Shown here piece after piece: positions 47,940-58,533 of a stretch of 64,000 bases of DNA (positions within the stretch are counted from its first letter, which is position 1; each line of letters begins with the position of its first letter). Made by a program: the position numbers and the translations under genes. The DNA is from an uncultured Fidelibacterota bacterium (GTDB lineage Bacteria; Fidelibacterota; Marinisomatia; Marinisomatales; UBA1611): positions 3,726 to 67,725 of the forward strand of contig CACEUX010000008.1 in assembly GCA_902562835.1 (NCBI GenBank), in the 5' to 3' direction. The notes below the pieces were generated by a model. The model worked only from the letters and a program-made list of their open reading frames with translations, was not told the DNA's origin and did not search any database.

Positions 47940-50900
47940 ATGAAAATTCTAAGTTCATATTTTCTATTATTTATAGCCATATCCAATCTTAGAGCGACAT
48001 GGTTCGATGACATTCCAAGGACCATCACACAGCCTAGTGGTGAGACCATTTTTTGCTTTGTTACTGGAGACCAGTATGCACGTAGATTGCATGATATAAA
48101 CGATTTTACTATTGTACTAGATGTTGAAGATGGATACTACTATTATGCGGATAAAGGACCGAATGGAGGTCTTATTCCGACTGACCTGAGGGCAGAACTT
48201 GGTGACCCACAGAGTATCGGATTAGAGCCAGGGTACAGTGTGAGTCAAGAAATATACAATAGGAACAAGGAATTTTATCAAAATAGTCAGATGGTTCAGG
48301 GCAGAAGAGATGCTCCTAGTTCGGGAGAAATAGCGCAGATCAATGTCTTTATTCGTTTTGCAGATGATCCAGATTTCCCTTTTGACCGTGCATATTATGA
48401 TGCAGTTTTTCAAACAGAGGAAGATGAGCCATCTCTGAGGCATTATTTTTGGGATGTTTCTTATAATTCATTGCTGGTCAATACATTTCACTATCCGGGT
48501 ACATTTGACGGGTCTAATACCTCATATGTAGATGAGTATAACAGAAGCTACTATGAGCCATATTCCAATGCAAACCCTGATGGGTATGAAGATGCTACTG
48601 AACGAGCACAGAGGGAGCACACGCTTCTTGCAAACGCAGTTAATTCGATAACATCCAGCGTTTCTCCACTGATCGATGTTGATGCGGATGATGATGGTTT
48701 TGTTGATGCTGTTTCATTTGTTATATATGGTTCACCAGGAGATTGGGCCGATCTATTGTGGCCACATCGTTGGCAATTATATGGTCAGGAGGCATTTATA
48801 AATGGTTCTCAAGTATATGACTATTTATTTATGCTTTCTGAATCTTGGTATTATAACGTTGGAGTGCTCTGCCATGAGTTTGGTCATGTTCTGGGTGCAC
48901 CAGACTATTATCACTACAGTGGAGGAGGTGCTCCTACTCCAGTGGGAGGATGGGATGTCATGGCATCAAATGGTAACCCTCCTCAGTTCCCGAGTGCTTT
49001 TACAAAATGGAAATATTTTGATTGGATCGAACTTGAAGAATTAACTCAAAGTGGTACATACACTCTAAATCCACTCCAGGATCAGGATAATACAGTTTAT
49101 AAGATTCCTTCACCAAACTCTGACACAGAATATTTTATTTTAGAATATCGAAAACAGGAAGGAATGTATGATGTAAATGCTCCAGGGGCAAGATCAGGTC
49201 TTGTGGCCTACAGGGTCAATACAGAGGCTGGAAATGGTAACGCCCAGGGACCACCAGATGAGCTATATGTGTATCGTCCTGGCGGCGATCTAAATAACAC
49301 TGGGAATTTTGATCAAGCGCCCTACAGTGCCGACTATGGCCATACGGAATTAAATGATGATACGGACCCCTCATGCTTTCTGTACAACAATGGAAATGGA
49401 TCTCAAGGCGGCTTGAACCTTTACAATGTTTCAAATTCAGGTGACCTTATATCCTTCACTGTTTCATTTGGTTCGCCTATCATTTCTGTAGATCCTTCAT
49501 CCCTGAATTTCGATCTCAATGCAGGAGAGTATGAGACCCAAACCCTTACTATTTCAAATATTGGTGAGCCAGAGACCGTTTTAAATTATGAGATAGTTGT
49601 TTCAAGCTCGGGTTCATACCTCAATCCTCAGGGAGGGCCAGATGGAGGAAACTACTACTGGACCACATCAGCAGATGAGCCTGACATGTCATTTGAATGG
49701 ATAGACATAGAAGATGAAGCGACACAACTCACTTTTTCAGGGAATGATCAATTTTCATCTCAACAAATTTCACTTCCATTTGATTTTCAATATTTTTCAG
49801 ATACATATAACTATCTGCAAGTGAATGCCAATGGATGGGTTGGCTGGAGTAGTGATAATGAGACAGTTTGGGAGAATGGTGAAATTCCTTCTGCTTCAAT
49901 GCCAAGACCTGCTATTTTTGGTTTCTTTGATGACCTCAATCCAACTAATGATAATGGTAACGATAATTCCTCTGGAGATATACACTATCATACTAATGAT
50001 GAGAGGGTTGTAGTTTGGTTTGATGATGTAGTTCGATGGGAAGGCACGGCAGGTTCGGGTACATATAATTTTCAAATTGTTTTGTATTCGGATGGAACAT
50101 TTAGGTGTAATTACGATCAGATGACAGGTACTACAGACCAGTCCACTATAGGCTGGCAGGACCAAAATGGTCAACAGGGCACTCAGGTCTCAACCGTTGG
50201 TGAGGGTTTTGTTTCTAATAATTTTTCTTGGGAGGCAAAAACATACTCTTCAGAAATAATTCCTTGGCTAACACTATCGTCAGATAATGGTAGTTTAGAT
50301 GGCGCTCTCTATGGCGACCAGTCAACCAATATCTATGTCCAAGGAACCACTCTTGGTCTCGAGCAAGGAGATTACTTCGCCTCTATGAATGTGGTGAGTC
50401 CTACGGCTGATCCAGTTGCAGTGCCGATCACTCTATCCGTTACAGGAGATAATACGACTCCCACTCTTCCTTATATCGATATATCTACCAATGATGATGG
50501 CATTGTTGCTCTGCCTGATAATGTGGATCCATTATTTTCTGCTGTAGCAACGAGGTATACTCATATTGTTGCACCGAATGAGGACCTCATTCAGATATTG
50601 ATACAAGATGACTTTACAGATGAACAGATTCTACATACTAGGCGTGTCCTTGAATCTTACTTGTTAGATATTCCAGGTAGTGAATGGGGCAGCAACAAGG
50701 TACCTATTGCTAATGCGATCGCGACTACCAATGCTATTCTTTTCTTATTAAATGATGAAACTGAGTATGATAATCCAGATCTGTGGGAACTGATCAATTC
50801 AGGTGTCCAAGGACAGGACCTTCTTGCGACTGAGGTTCACCCAGAAGGAAGCTCAGCTTATATGAACAGCTCCCAAAGAGACGCAACCTATGAAGAAGTA

Positions 50901-51917
50901 TTACATTATGTTCATGGATATGGTATTCAGTTGGCAGCCCCAGCGATGCAAAATGCTATTGAAAGCGCAATGTCTGAAGCAATAGAGAATGAATATTATG
51001 AACCATTATCGGACCTTCCAGTTGAAGACTATGATGAAGAATATCTTGCTATGGGTCTGGAATGTTATTTCGGTCTATGGGAACACGACCCATCTGGAGA
51101 TGGCTACTGTGGTGATCATGAATATGCCTTCATTGAAAGAGAGACAATGGCATTGGGTGATTCTGAGCTATACAATATTATCAGGGGGTTTTTTGGAGAA
51201 ACATGGGAATACACAGCATCGCTATCAGCAACATTCAGTAATGATTTTCACCTTAGCCTGCAAAATAATTTGAATTATACATTTCGTTCGCAGTACCTAA
51301 CGGATATCACGCTTAATGGTGATGCGGCTATTAATATTTATGGCAATAATTATGATAATAATTTTCAGGGCAACAATGGGGATAATATATTTTTAGGTTC
51401 AATGGGTGATGATGTTATCTATGGTTCAGAAGGGGTTGACAGGGCAGTATACACAGGCGTTCGTGATGATTATGTCATAATTCCGCCTTATGCGACTGAT
51501 GACTCTTCTTATCAAATAATTGACCTTGAGAATGATCGGGATGGAACAGACCATCTTTTTGATATAGAAGAAGTAGAGCTAAATGGTACAGTATATAGTC
51601 TCTATGAACTTCTTGGGTTGGATGTTGATCAGATTCCCAATAATTTCGCCCTCCATAATCCTTACCCAAATCCATTTAATCCAAGGACCCGGATCACTTA
51701 TAGTGTGGCAGCTTACGGTAAGGTTGAGCTCAGGATCTTTGATCTGAGCGGGAGACTTATTAGGACGCTGAGAAACGCGCCTATGGGTGTAGGAAATCAT
51801 GAAGTCGAATGGGATGCAAAGGATAATGAAGGGAATCAGGTTTCAACCGGTGTTTATCTTATACATTTTGCGAGCGGTTCATTTAAGGGCACACAGAAGG
51901 TGTTGCTCCTCAAATAA
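47940..51917 (+). CDS. Large secreted zinc metalloprotease (M6/immune-inhibitor-A-like, tentative) with RTX-like Ca-binding repeats and T9SS C-terminal domain
   Basis: 1325 aa. HEFGHVLGAPDYY is an HExxH zinc motif in an InhA-like context. GNNGDNIFLGSMGDDVIYGSEGVD is GGxGxD-like. The C-terminus is HNPYPNPFNPRTRITYSV...GVYLIHF...KVLLLK. Confidence 0.8.
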   Translation: MKILSSYFLLFIAISNLRATWFDDIPRTITQPSGETIFCFVTGDQYARRLHDINDFTIVLDVEDGYYYYADKGPNGGLIPTDLRAELGDPQSIGLEPGYSVSQEIYNRNKEFYQNSQMVQGRRDAPSSGEIAQINVFIRFADDPDFPFDRAYYDAVFQTEEDEPSLRHYFWDVSYNSLLVNTFHYPGTFDGSNTSYVDEYNRSYYEPYSNANPDGYEDATERAQREHTLLANAVNSITSSVSPLIDVDADDDGFVDAVSFVIYGSPGDWADLLWPHRWQLYGQEAFINGSQVYDYLFMLSESWYYNVGVLCHEFGHVLGAPDYYHYSGGGAPTPVGGWDVMASNGNPPQFPSAFTKWKYFDWIELEELTQSGTYTLNPLQDQDNTVYKIPSPNSDTEYFILEYRKQEGMYDVNAPGARSGLVAYRVNTEAGNGNAQGPPDELYVYRPGGDLNNTGNFDQAPYSADYGHTELNDDTDPSCFLYNNGNGSQGGLNLYNVSNSGDLISFTVSFGSPIISVDPSSLNFDLNAGEYETQTLTISNIGEPETVLNYEIVVSSSGSYLNPQGGPDGGNYYWTTSADEPDMSFEWIDIEDEATQLTFSGNDQFSSQQISLPFDFQYFSDTYNYLQVNANGWVGWSSDNETVWENGEIPSASMPRPAIFGFFDDLNPTNDNGNDNSSGDIHYHTNDERVVVWFDDVVRWEGTAGSGTYNFQIVLYSDGTFRCNYDQMTGTTDQSTIGWQDQNGQQGTQVSTVGEGFVSNNFSWEAKTYSSEIIPWLTLSSDNGSLDGALYGDQSTNIYVQGTTLGLEQGDYFASMNVVSPTADPVAVPITLSVTGDNTTPTLPYIDISTNDDGIVALPDNVDPLFSAVATRYTHIVAPNEDLIQILIQDDFTDEQILHTRRVLESYLLDIPGSEWGSNKVPIANAIATTNAILFLLNDETEYDNPDLWELINSGVQGQDLLATEVHPEGSSAYMNSSQRDATYEEVLHYVHGYGIQLAAPAMQNAIESAMSEAIENEYYEPLSDLPVEDYDEEYLAMGLECYFGLWEHDPSGDGYCGDHEYAFIERETMALGDSELYNIIRGFFGETWEYTASLSATFSNDFHLSLQNNLNYTFRSQYLTDITLNGDAAINIYGNNYDNNFQGNNGDNIFLGSMGDDVIYGSEGVDRAVYTGVRDDYVIIPPYATDDSSYQIIDLENDRDGTDHLFDIEEVELNGTVYSLYELLGLDVDQIPNNFALHNPYPNPFNPRTRITYSVAAYGKVELRIFDLSGRLIRTLRNAPMGVGNHEVEWDAKDNEGNQVSTGVYLIHFASGSFKGTQKVLLLK

Positions 51918-51924
51918 ATTGAGC

Positions 51925-51950
51925 AAAGTGTGAGTAAAATCACACTTTTT
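51925..51950 (+). terminator. Rho-independent terminator after the metalloprotease gene
   Basis: AAAGTGTGA-GTAAAA-TCACACTTT (9-bp stem) running into a T-run. Confidence 0.75.
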
Positions 51951-52047
51951 ATCGTTTTCCTAGTGAGTAGGAGAGAGGTGTATTGTATCTCAGACAATTC
52001 AAAGATTTGTAAGTAATTGATAATATTAAAATAAGGATATATCAGGT

Positions 52048-52461
52048 ATGAAACTAAAACGGAGTACTCAATCTGGTTTTACCATGATAGAGATCATGGT
52101 TGTGGTTGTTATTGTGGCAATACTTGCGGTGATAGCATTACCTACCTATTTAGATTATGTTAAAAGCTCATATGCGTCTGAGGCAAGGACAGTGATGTCA
52201 AATATAAATAATGCATCAAAAATGTATTACCAGACCAGGGGTGATTGGCCCTCTGAGATAGACGAACTTGAGAGAGCAGGTCAATTAGATGTGAGTCGTT
52301 CAACAAAGCTTAAATGGTCATTCGACCTGCAGTTAAGTGACCAAGGTGGTCGTATAACTGCAACGAGTACTGAAGAAATGTCTGGAGGAGCAGGGCATCA
52401 GGTAGTCTACGATGCTGATCTAGGAAAGTTTACAGGGTATGGCTCACCTGAGGGTGAATAA
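52048..52461 (+). CDS. Type IV pilin / pseudopilin (major subunit candidate)
   Basis: 137 aa. The prepilin leader and cleavage/methylation motif is KRSTQSG-FTMIEIMVVVVIVAILAVIALP. The mature protein has no Cys. Confidence 0.85.
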   Translation: MKLKRSTQSGFTMIEIMVVVVIVAILAVIALPTYLDYVKSSYASEARTVMSNINNASKMYYQTRGDWPSEIDELERAGQLDVSRSTKLKWSFDLQLSDQGGRITATSTEEMSGGAGHQVVYDADLGKFTGYGSPEGE

Positions 52462-52467
52462 GCCTTC

Positions 52468-53520
52468 ATGGATCTAAATAAGCTACTTACTTATTCCGTC
52501 GACAGCGGAGCATCAGATCTTCATCTGAGTGTCGGTTCAATACCTATGGTGAGGATCAATGGTACCATGAAGCCACTCAATATGGACCCACTCAAACAGG
52601 AGGAAATGGAATCTATTATTCCACAGGTACTAGATGAAGATCAGATCCAGCTTTTTGAAGAGAATAAGGAGATAGATTTTTCTGCTAGTCTCGAGGGAAA
52701 AGGTAGGTTTAGGGTTAATTTTTTTAATCAGATCAAAGGGCTTGCTGGAGTATTTCGTACCATTCCAGAGGTTGTGAAAGATTTTGATGATCTGGGTATT
52801 CCACCTGTCTTAAAGAATCTCGCCCTAATGGACAGAGGTCTTGTGCTATTAACAGGTCCTACTGGCTCTGGAAAAAGTACCACCCTTGCAGCAATGGTAG
52901 ATCATATTAATACCCAGAGAAGTTGCCACATAATTACAATTGAAGATCCCGTGGAATACTATCACGAGACCAAAGAGAGCCTGATCAATCAGAGAGAGCT
53001 TGGTGCAAATACTCATAGTTTTGCCAATGCGATGCGCTCAGCTCTTCGAGAAGATCCTGATGTGATCTTGGTTGGTGAGATGAGAGACCTCGAGACGATC
53101 TCCCTAGCCTTAACTGCTGCTGAAACGGGACACCTTGTGCTTTCTACTCTTCACACATCAAGCGCTGTAAAGACCATTGACCGGATCATTGATATCTTTC
53201 CAACGGGTCAAAAAGGGCAGATAAGATCGATGTTGTCTGAAAGTCTTGAAGCGGTGATCGCTCAGAAATTATTAAAAACAAAAGACGGAAAAGGTAGACT
53301 TCCTGCGTGTGAGGTCATGATTGCAAATACTGCTATACGTAATCTAATTCGTGAGGATAGGATCTACCAGATACCATCGATCATTCAATCTGGTGGCGTT
53401 GAGGGAATGCAGTCACTTGATCAAGATCTTCAGAAACTTGTATCGCAAGGTGATATTGAAAGGAAAATGGCAGAAAATATTGCAGAAAACCCAAAATTAT
53501 TTGCTCAAAACGTACTATGA
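52468..53520 (+). CDS. pilT: Type IV pilus retraction ATPase PilT
   Basis: 350 aa with GASDLHL, Walker A GPTGSGKSTT, IITIEDPVE, ALREDPDVILVGEMRD and GHLVLSTLHT. Size and motifs fit PilT. Confidence 0.9.
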   Translation: MDLNKLLTYSVDSGASDLHLSVGSIPMVRINGTMKPLNMDPLKQEEMESIIPQVLDEDQIQLFEENKEIDFSASLEGKGRFRVNFFNQIKGLAGVFRTIPEVVKDFDDLGIPPVLKNLALMDRGLVLLTGPTGSGKSTTLAAMVDHINTQRSCHIITIEDPVEYYHETKESLINQRELGANTHSFANAMRSALREDPDVILVGEMRDLETISLALTAAETGHLVLSTLHTSSAVKTIDRIIDIFPTGQKGQIRSMLSESLEAVIAQKLLKTKDGKGRLPACEVMIANTAIRNLIREDRIYQIPSIIQSGGVEGMQSLDQDLQKLVSQGDIERKMAENIAENPKLFAQNVL

Positions 53521-53993
53521 CCTTAAAAAAATCTAGTTCTGGTATTGGTTTTATCGAGGTGATGACTGCTACAGTTATTATATCTATTGCCTGTATAGGC
53601 CTTATGATGGGTGTTGTACATGCAAGAGGCGAGCTACATTCTCTTGAGATAAAAGAAAGAGCAACGGAGGAACTGCTCAATTATATGGAATACTGGAAAG
53701 GACGCATCGCTGATGGGAAACTATCGCCATATGAGCTTGCTGGAGATCCAGATGGAGATGAGATATTTCTAGTTGGTGGTCTAGGACAAAAGAACTCTAT
53801 CGAGGCACGATTGTACTATGACTTTAGAAGGCTTAATAACTTCAATGACTATGGGACTACAGATATGACCCGGTATGAGCTAGAGTGTTGGATAAAATGG
53901 GGGGATAGATTTACCTCACCAACTGGAAGATATGCAGGAGACACGGGTTATGAGAGGCGACTTTCGACCATCATGACCAAGTTCGAATTATGA
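53517..53993 (+). CDS. Prepilin-type N-terminal domain protein (minor pilin)
   Basis: 158 aa with SSSGIG-FIEVMTATVIISIACIGL. Its start overlaps the pilT stop (ATGA). Confidence 0.7.
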   Translation: MTLKKSSSGIGFIEVMTATVIISIACIGLMMGVVHARGELHSLEIKERATEELLNYMEYWKGRIADGKLSPYELAGDPDGDEIFLVGGLGQKNSIEARLYYDFRRLNNFNDYGTTDMTRYELECWIKWGDRFTSPTGRYAGDTGYERRLSTIMTKFEL

Positions 53994-54625
53994 TTGTAAA
54001 ATTGCTAAGAAGCACTAACGCTGGTATGACACTTTTAGAGTTGTCAGCAGGAATCGTCGTAATCTCAATAATTGCGATCGGAATGACCAGTGGTGCTCAA
54101 GCTGTAATGCTCCATTATCAGTCGGATACGGTAAGGCAAGACCTTAGGCAGTACGGTAATAATATCATGCGTGAGATCGTACGTGAACTGAATCTTGCAC
54201 AAAAGGTTGAAATTGATAGTTTTAATGGTTTTGCAAGATTAAGACTTTACAAGTATTACACCGATATCTCTCCTGAACTAGTTGTCGCTTGTGATGACAG
54301 ATCTGGAATACAGTTCAATAGCGATATTCCTGTTGATGGAGTGCTAAAGTTTCCAAGTGAAGGAGTATTTCGAGGCCCAAATAAAAGAACGGTCTATGTT
54401 GATGATTTTGTGGTTGAATATGATATGCAACCTGGTCTGGGTTCGGACACATTTAAAAACTCCTATATGACACTTACCCTTGTTCTTGCGATGGAGAGCG
54501 ATGTAATGGATGAGTCTTTTCAACCTGTCAGGGAGCAGCATATTTATCGCAGGTCTGTATTTATGGGTACAGCGTATATTCAGACCAAAGTTACAAATGC
54601 GATGGGGATAAATCCTGATGCATAG
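53990..54625 (+). CDS. Prepilin-type N-terminal domain protein (minor pilin)
   Basis: 211 aa with STNAG-MTLLELSAGIVVISIIAIG. It overlaps the previous gene by 4 nt. Confidence 0.7.
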   Translation: MIVKLLRSTNAGMTLLELSAGIVVISIIAIGMTSGAQAVMLHYQSDTVRQDLRQYGNNIMREIVRELNLAQKVEIDSFNGFARLRLYKYYTDISPELVVACDDRSGIQFNSDIPVDGVLKFPSEGVFRGPNKRTVYVDDFVVEYDMQPGLGSDTFKNSYMTLTLVLAMESDVMDESFQPVREQHIYRRSVFMGTAYIQTKVTNAMGINPDA

Positions 54626-56870
54626 ATATTTTTCTAAAGGAAGTGCTGCGCCACTAGCTCTTCTGTTTACCCTTGTAAGTATGTCATTTACAGTAGCTTA
54701 TTTAAAAAACTCATTCAGTCAGGCGGCTATGGAGAAATACAGGTATGCTGAGTGGAAAGCACTCTATGCTGCTGAGGCTGGTTTGAACGATGTGGGAGTA
54801 GTCGTTCTTCCGTATATTACTTCTGATACACTTCTAGTCAGAAATGGTGTGAGTTATGGGACAGATGAGAATAACAAACCCATCGGAATGTATAAGGATA
54901 TTGCCTGTTCCACGCAATTGCTGCCAAATTCAACAAGGAAAGAATATATTGCCTATTCAACTGGTGTAGCGGATTATATTACTCCAAGCGGAACAAATGT
55001 TTCTATAGAGAGAAGGGTCTTCACATCAATGCGACCACAGGGTTTCGAAGAGTTTATGTATTTTACTCACGAGGAGGAGCCAATAGGCCCTGGTAATACA
55101 GGTAATGTAAATTTTTGCGGTTCGGATGAATTAGATGGAAAAGTTCACACTAATGGAAACATGTCTTTTTGTCAATGGTCATGCGCCACCTTCAACGGCG
55201 AGATCAATGTAACCTATGAAGCAGAGGAGCAAGGGGACCTGTTTAATGGTAACCAGAATTGTATAAACGACTACTTAGAGGATGATGAACTTGTTATAGA
55301 TACCGTACACCAGATCATTTATCCTCCTCAGAATTCTGCTGAGGTCGCAAAACAGAATGCCACCAAGACCTTTGTTGCAGACACAAAACTATTTAGACCA
55401 GGTAAAAAAGATACTCTTGTCATGACTGAAATAAACTTTGTCGAGGGAGGATATTGGGCCGCGCAGTGGACATACAATATCCCACCTATTGGCAACCCTC
55501 CAGCAGAATTCAGTTTTCAATACGATAGTTTGGCAAGTGGTCTAGAGACTGATGATTTTCATTTACATCTTTTTCCAAATGAATTTGATGGCACCACAAA
55601 TACCTATAACTCCAATTTCTTGGTAATGAGTGGTAATACGCTCGATGGTATCAACCTTTATAGTCTCGTTTCTTCCGGTGATTTTGAGATAGGTGATGGA
55701 GACCAGATCTTTATTTTTAACGAGGACAATTCAAAGGTGATATCATTTGTTTCAAGTGGTATAGCTACTCTGGGTACAGATCGTCTAAGAGTATCATTTT
55801 ACGGTGAGACCCTAGCATATAATGGCCCTGAAGGAATTGGTTTTAATGATGATGAGAGTATCACCTTTGTCAATGCAAGTGCCAGTGACGGGCTAAATGA
55901 GGATGTTCAGTGGAATAACCAAGTGTATTATCATGACCATGACCTAACAGAAACAGACCCTGATGGTTGGAGTGGATATTGTGAGGCCGGAGGCAGGCAA
56001 CATTTTGATTTTGATTATTGGACCGCAGGAGGTACATCCTGTGATATATTTAATTGCCCTGATGAGATCTACAATAGTGAACATGTATTCATGAATAGGA
56101 CCTTCTTTTCTACGGGAAATTCCCCACAGATCATTTATATAAAAGGAGGCCAGGTGCTCGTGCGAGGAACGGTTGATGGACAGTTTACCATTGTGACGGA
56201 TGATTATACTGAATATAGAGTTCACTCTAGTACTAATACGGTTGATAGGGTCTGGGGGAATATATGGTTAATAGATGACGTGGTTTACGCTGACTCTTAT
56301 TCATCGGGTGCTGTTGTACAGCCTGCTTATGGTGGCTCAAATAACGTCCTTGGCCTTATAGCTGGAGGAAGTGTTATCATTGCAAATACTAGACCTAATG
56401 GATCAAGAGATGGTCAATTCGGTCAGGATATAAAGATCAATGCAGCTATCTTAGCTATGAATGGTGGATTTATTTCCCATTATTGGCAAAATAGTACAAT
56501 TGGCCATCATGACCCTATTCTTGGCGGCATATATAATCTTCCGATCGCTGATGGTCGTGGTGGGCATAGAAATCACTATCGTGATGAAGATCAATCTGGT
56601 GCCTACACCAATGACAATACCGGTGATTATCGCGGATATGTAAGACTCTGGGGATCCATAGTCCAGTTTAGAAGGGGCTATATGAAAAGAAATACAGGGG
56701 GAGGTAGTCCTTATAACACTGGAGATATTGGGTATGATAAGAATTATAACTATGATTATAACCTTCGACTTAATCCGCCACCCTATTTCCCAGATCTACA
56801 GAATACAAATAATACAGTTATTTTAAAAATGGCTTCCTATGGCGAGGCAAGGAACCAACAGCAGGACTAG
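54618..56870 (+). CDS. Large pilus-associated protein with PilX-like N-terminal anchor (tip adhesin candidate)
   Basis: 750 aa. The N-terminus KGSAAPLALLFTLVSMSFTVAYL resembles PilX_N-type anchors. It overlaps the upstream minor pilin gene by 8 nt. The rest is unrecognised. Confidence 0.55.
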   Translation: MHRYFSKGSAAPLALLFTLVSMSFTVAYLKNSFSQAAMEKYRYAEWKALYAAEAGLNDVGVVVLPYITSDTLLVRNGVSYGTDENNKPIGMYKDIACSTQLLPNSTRKEYIAYSTGVADYITPSGTNVSIERRVFTSMRPQGFEEFMYFTHEEEPIGPGNTGNVNFCGSDELDGKVHTNGNMSFCQWSCATFNGEINVTYEAEEQGDLFNGNQNCINDYLEDDELVIDTVHQIIYPPQNSAEVAKQNATKTFVADTKLFRPGKKDTLVMTEINFVEGGYWAAQWTYNIPPIGNPPAEFSFQYDSLASGLETDDFHLHLFPNEFDGTTNTYNSNFLVMSGNTLDGINLYSLVSSGDFEIGDGDQIFIFNEDNSKVISFVSSGIATLGTDRLRVSFYGETLAYNGPEGIGFNDDESITFVNASASDGLNEDVQWNNQVYYHDHDLTETDPDGWSGYCEAGGRQHFDFDYWTAGGTSCDIFNCPDEIYNSEHVFMNRTFFSTGNSPQIIYIKGGQVLVRGTVDGQFTIVTDDYTEYRVHSSTNTVDRVWGNIWLIDDVVYADSYSSGAVVQPAYGGSNNVLGLIAGGSVIIANTRPNGSRDGQFGQDIKINAAILAMNGGFISHYWQNSTIGHHDPILGGIYNLPIADGRGGHRNHYRDEDQSGAYTNDNTGDYRGYVRLWGSIVQFRRGYMKRNTGGGSPYNTGDIGYDKNYNYDYNLRLNPPPYFPDLQNTNNTVILKMASYGEARNQQQD

Positions 56871-56879
56871 GGAATAAAT

Positions 56880-57938
56880 ATGTATCTAGGATTAGACATA
56901 GGTAGACAGTATGTGAAAATGGTTGCAGCCGATAAGACCAAAAGTGGATATAAACTTATTGATGCTGGTTCTAGACTCATACCTGACCCCAACTCTGCAT
57001 ATGACCCAGAGAAGATCGACCAATCTCACTTTGTTATAGCAGTAAAAGAACTTTTTAGGCAGCAGGGTCTTAACCCTAAAAAAGCAAAAGTTATGATTTC
57101 TGGGATCAATGGTTCTTCTGCAAGTATCAAGCAGATCACGACCATGGAGATGCCTTCAGATGAGCTAGAATCTGCCATGACATTTGAAGCTAGGAAGCAT
57201 ATTCCAATGGATGGTACTGATGCGGTGATCGACTATCAGATATTAGGATCGAACAAAAAAGAGGTTGATAAAATAGATGTTGGTCTCGTGGCCTGTACTA
57301 AAGGGGTTTTGAACAACCATATAGATCTTTTAAAGGAATGTGGCCTCAAACCTGGTGTAGTTGATGTGAACCCGATTGCAATGAGTAATGCGTTTTCATT
57401 CATAAAAGATATGCCAGAGGATGGCCTAGTGGTGATGTTGGATATTGGTGCGCTTTCCTCAACCCTTGTTGTCTATGGTAAGGGTGAGCAGTTTTTCACA
57501 AGAGATCTCCCTATTGGCGGGCATCATTTTGTTAAAGAATTATCTGAAAAAAGGGAAATTGGCTATACAGAAGCTCAAGATATCCTATTCCGGGATGGAA
57601 TCACAGCCTCAAAGAAAGACACTTCAATTGAAAATACAGCTGAAGTAGGTATTGCAGAGCGGACCATATATGACAACCTAATAGAGGATATGAGACGGTC
57701 TTTAAGGTTCTATGCGAAACAGACAGGTCAAAGCTTTTTTTTAAAGATATTCTTAACAGGAGGTGCCGCCGCAACTCCTGGGCTTACAGTTATGGTTAAT
57801 GAAAAACTAAATATCGAATGCGCTGTCTTTGATCCATTTGCTTCTCTGGAAGGTGCCAATAATGTATCAATATCCAATCCAAGTCAGTATACAACAGCGC
57901 TAGGGCTGGGTATTCGAGGAGGAATGGACCTTGGATAA
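56880..57938 (+). CDS. pilM: Type IV pilus assembly protein PilM (actin-like ATPase fold)
   Basis: 352 aa with LGLDIGRQYVKMV at the N-terminus, VDVNPIA, LDIGA..ST and LTGGAA motifs. Confidence 0.85.
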   Translation: MYLGLDIGRQYVKMVAADKTKSGYKLIDAGSRLIPDPNSAYDPEKIDQSHFVIAVKELFRQQGLNPKKAKVMISGINGSSASIKQITTMEMPSDELESAMTFEARKHIPMDGTDAVIDYQILGSNKKEVDKIDVGLVACTKGVLNNHIDLLKECGLKPGVVDVNPIAMSNAFSFIKDMPEDGLVVMLDIGALSSTLVVYGKGEQFFTRDLPIGGHHFVKELSEKREIGYTEAQDILFRDGITASKKDTSIENTAEVGIAERTIYDNLIEDMRRSLRFYAKQTGQSFFLKIFLTGGAAATPGLTVMVNEKLNIECAVFDPFASLEGANNVSISNPSQYTTALGLGIRGGMDLG

Positions 57939-58524
57939 GCAATATATAGTTATAAATCTTAATAAAGCAGAAAGTGCTGAAACTCGACAGGCTCGGGTGC
58001 GTGAGCAAGTGCGGTGGGGTGTGTTTGGTCTTCTTCTTATTTTACTATTGGGAGTCAATGTCAGGGTATGGATGATCAGTTCTGGATATGATGGAATAAT
58101 TGATAAGAAGCAAAAAGAGATATCACGTTTAAAAGATGAGATCAATAAACTCCAATCACAGGGTAAGAATCTATCAAAAGACGATATACTTTCATTTGCA
58201 GACCTAGAGCAAGATCGCTTTCTATGGGCTAAAAACTTGGAAAAAATGGGAGCTTTGACTCCCGATGATATTGCTATCACTGGTTTAAGATTTAAACGTC
58301 AAAAGCTTATAATACGAGGAATTGCACTAACTTTTGAAGATCGAAAGGACTTTGAGATCATAGATGAATATGTACAAACCTTGCGAAATAATAAAGAGTT
58401 CTCGATAAACTTTAGCAAAATAAAATATGTAGGTCATAGCAAAGTAAGTGTTCGAGGGCAAGATATTGTAAGATTTGAAATAGAGGCTAGTTCGAAAAAG
58501 GGCGGGAAAAAGAACTTTTCTTGA
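57931..58524 (+). CDS. pilN: PilN-like bitopic pilus assembly protein
   Basis: 197 aa with a single TM segment (WGVFGLLLILLLGVNV) followed by a coiled-coil. It sits directly after pilM with an 8-nt overlap. Confidence 0.6.
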   Translation: MDKQYIVINLNKAESAETRQARVREQVRWGVFGLLLILLLGVNVRVWMISSGYDGIIDKKQKEISRLKDEINKLQSQGKNLSKDDILSFADLEQDRFLWAKNLEKMGALTPDDIAITGLRFKRQKLIIRGIALTFEDRKDFEIIDEYVQTLRNNKEFSINFSKIKYVGHSKVSVRGQDIVRFEIEASSKKGGKKNFS

Positions 58525-58533
58525 TTATTAATT

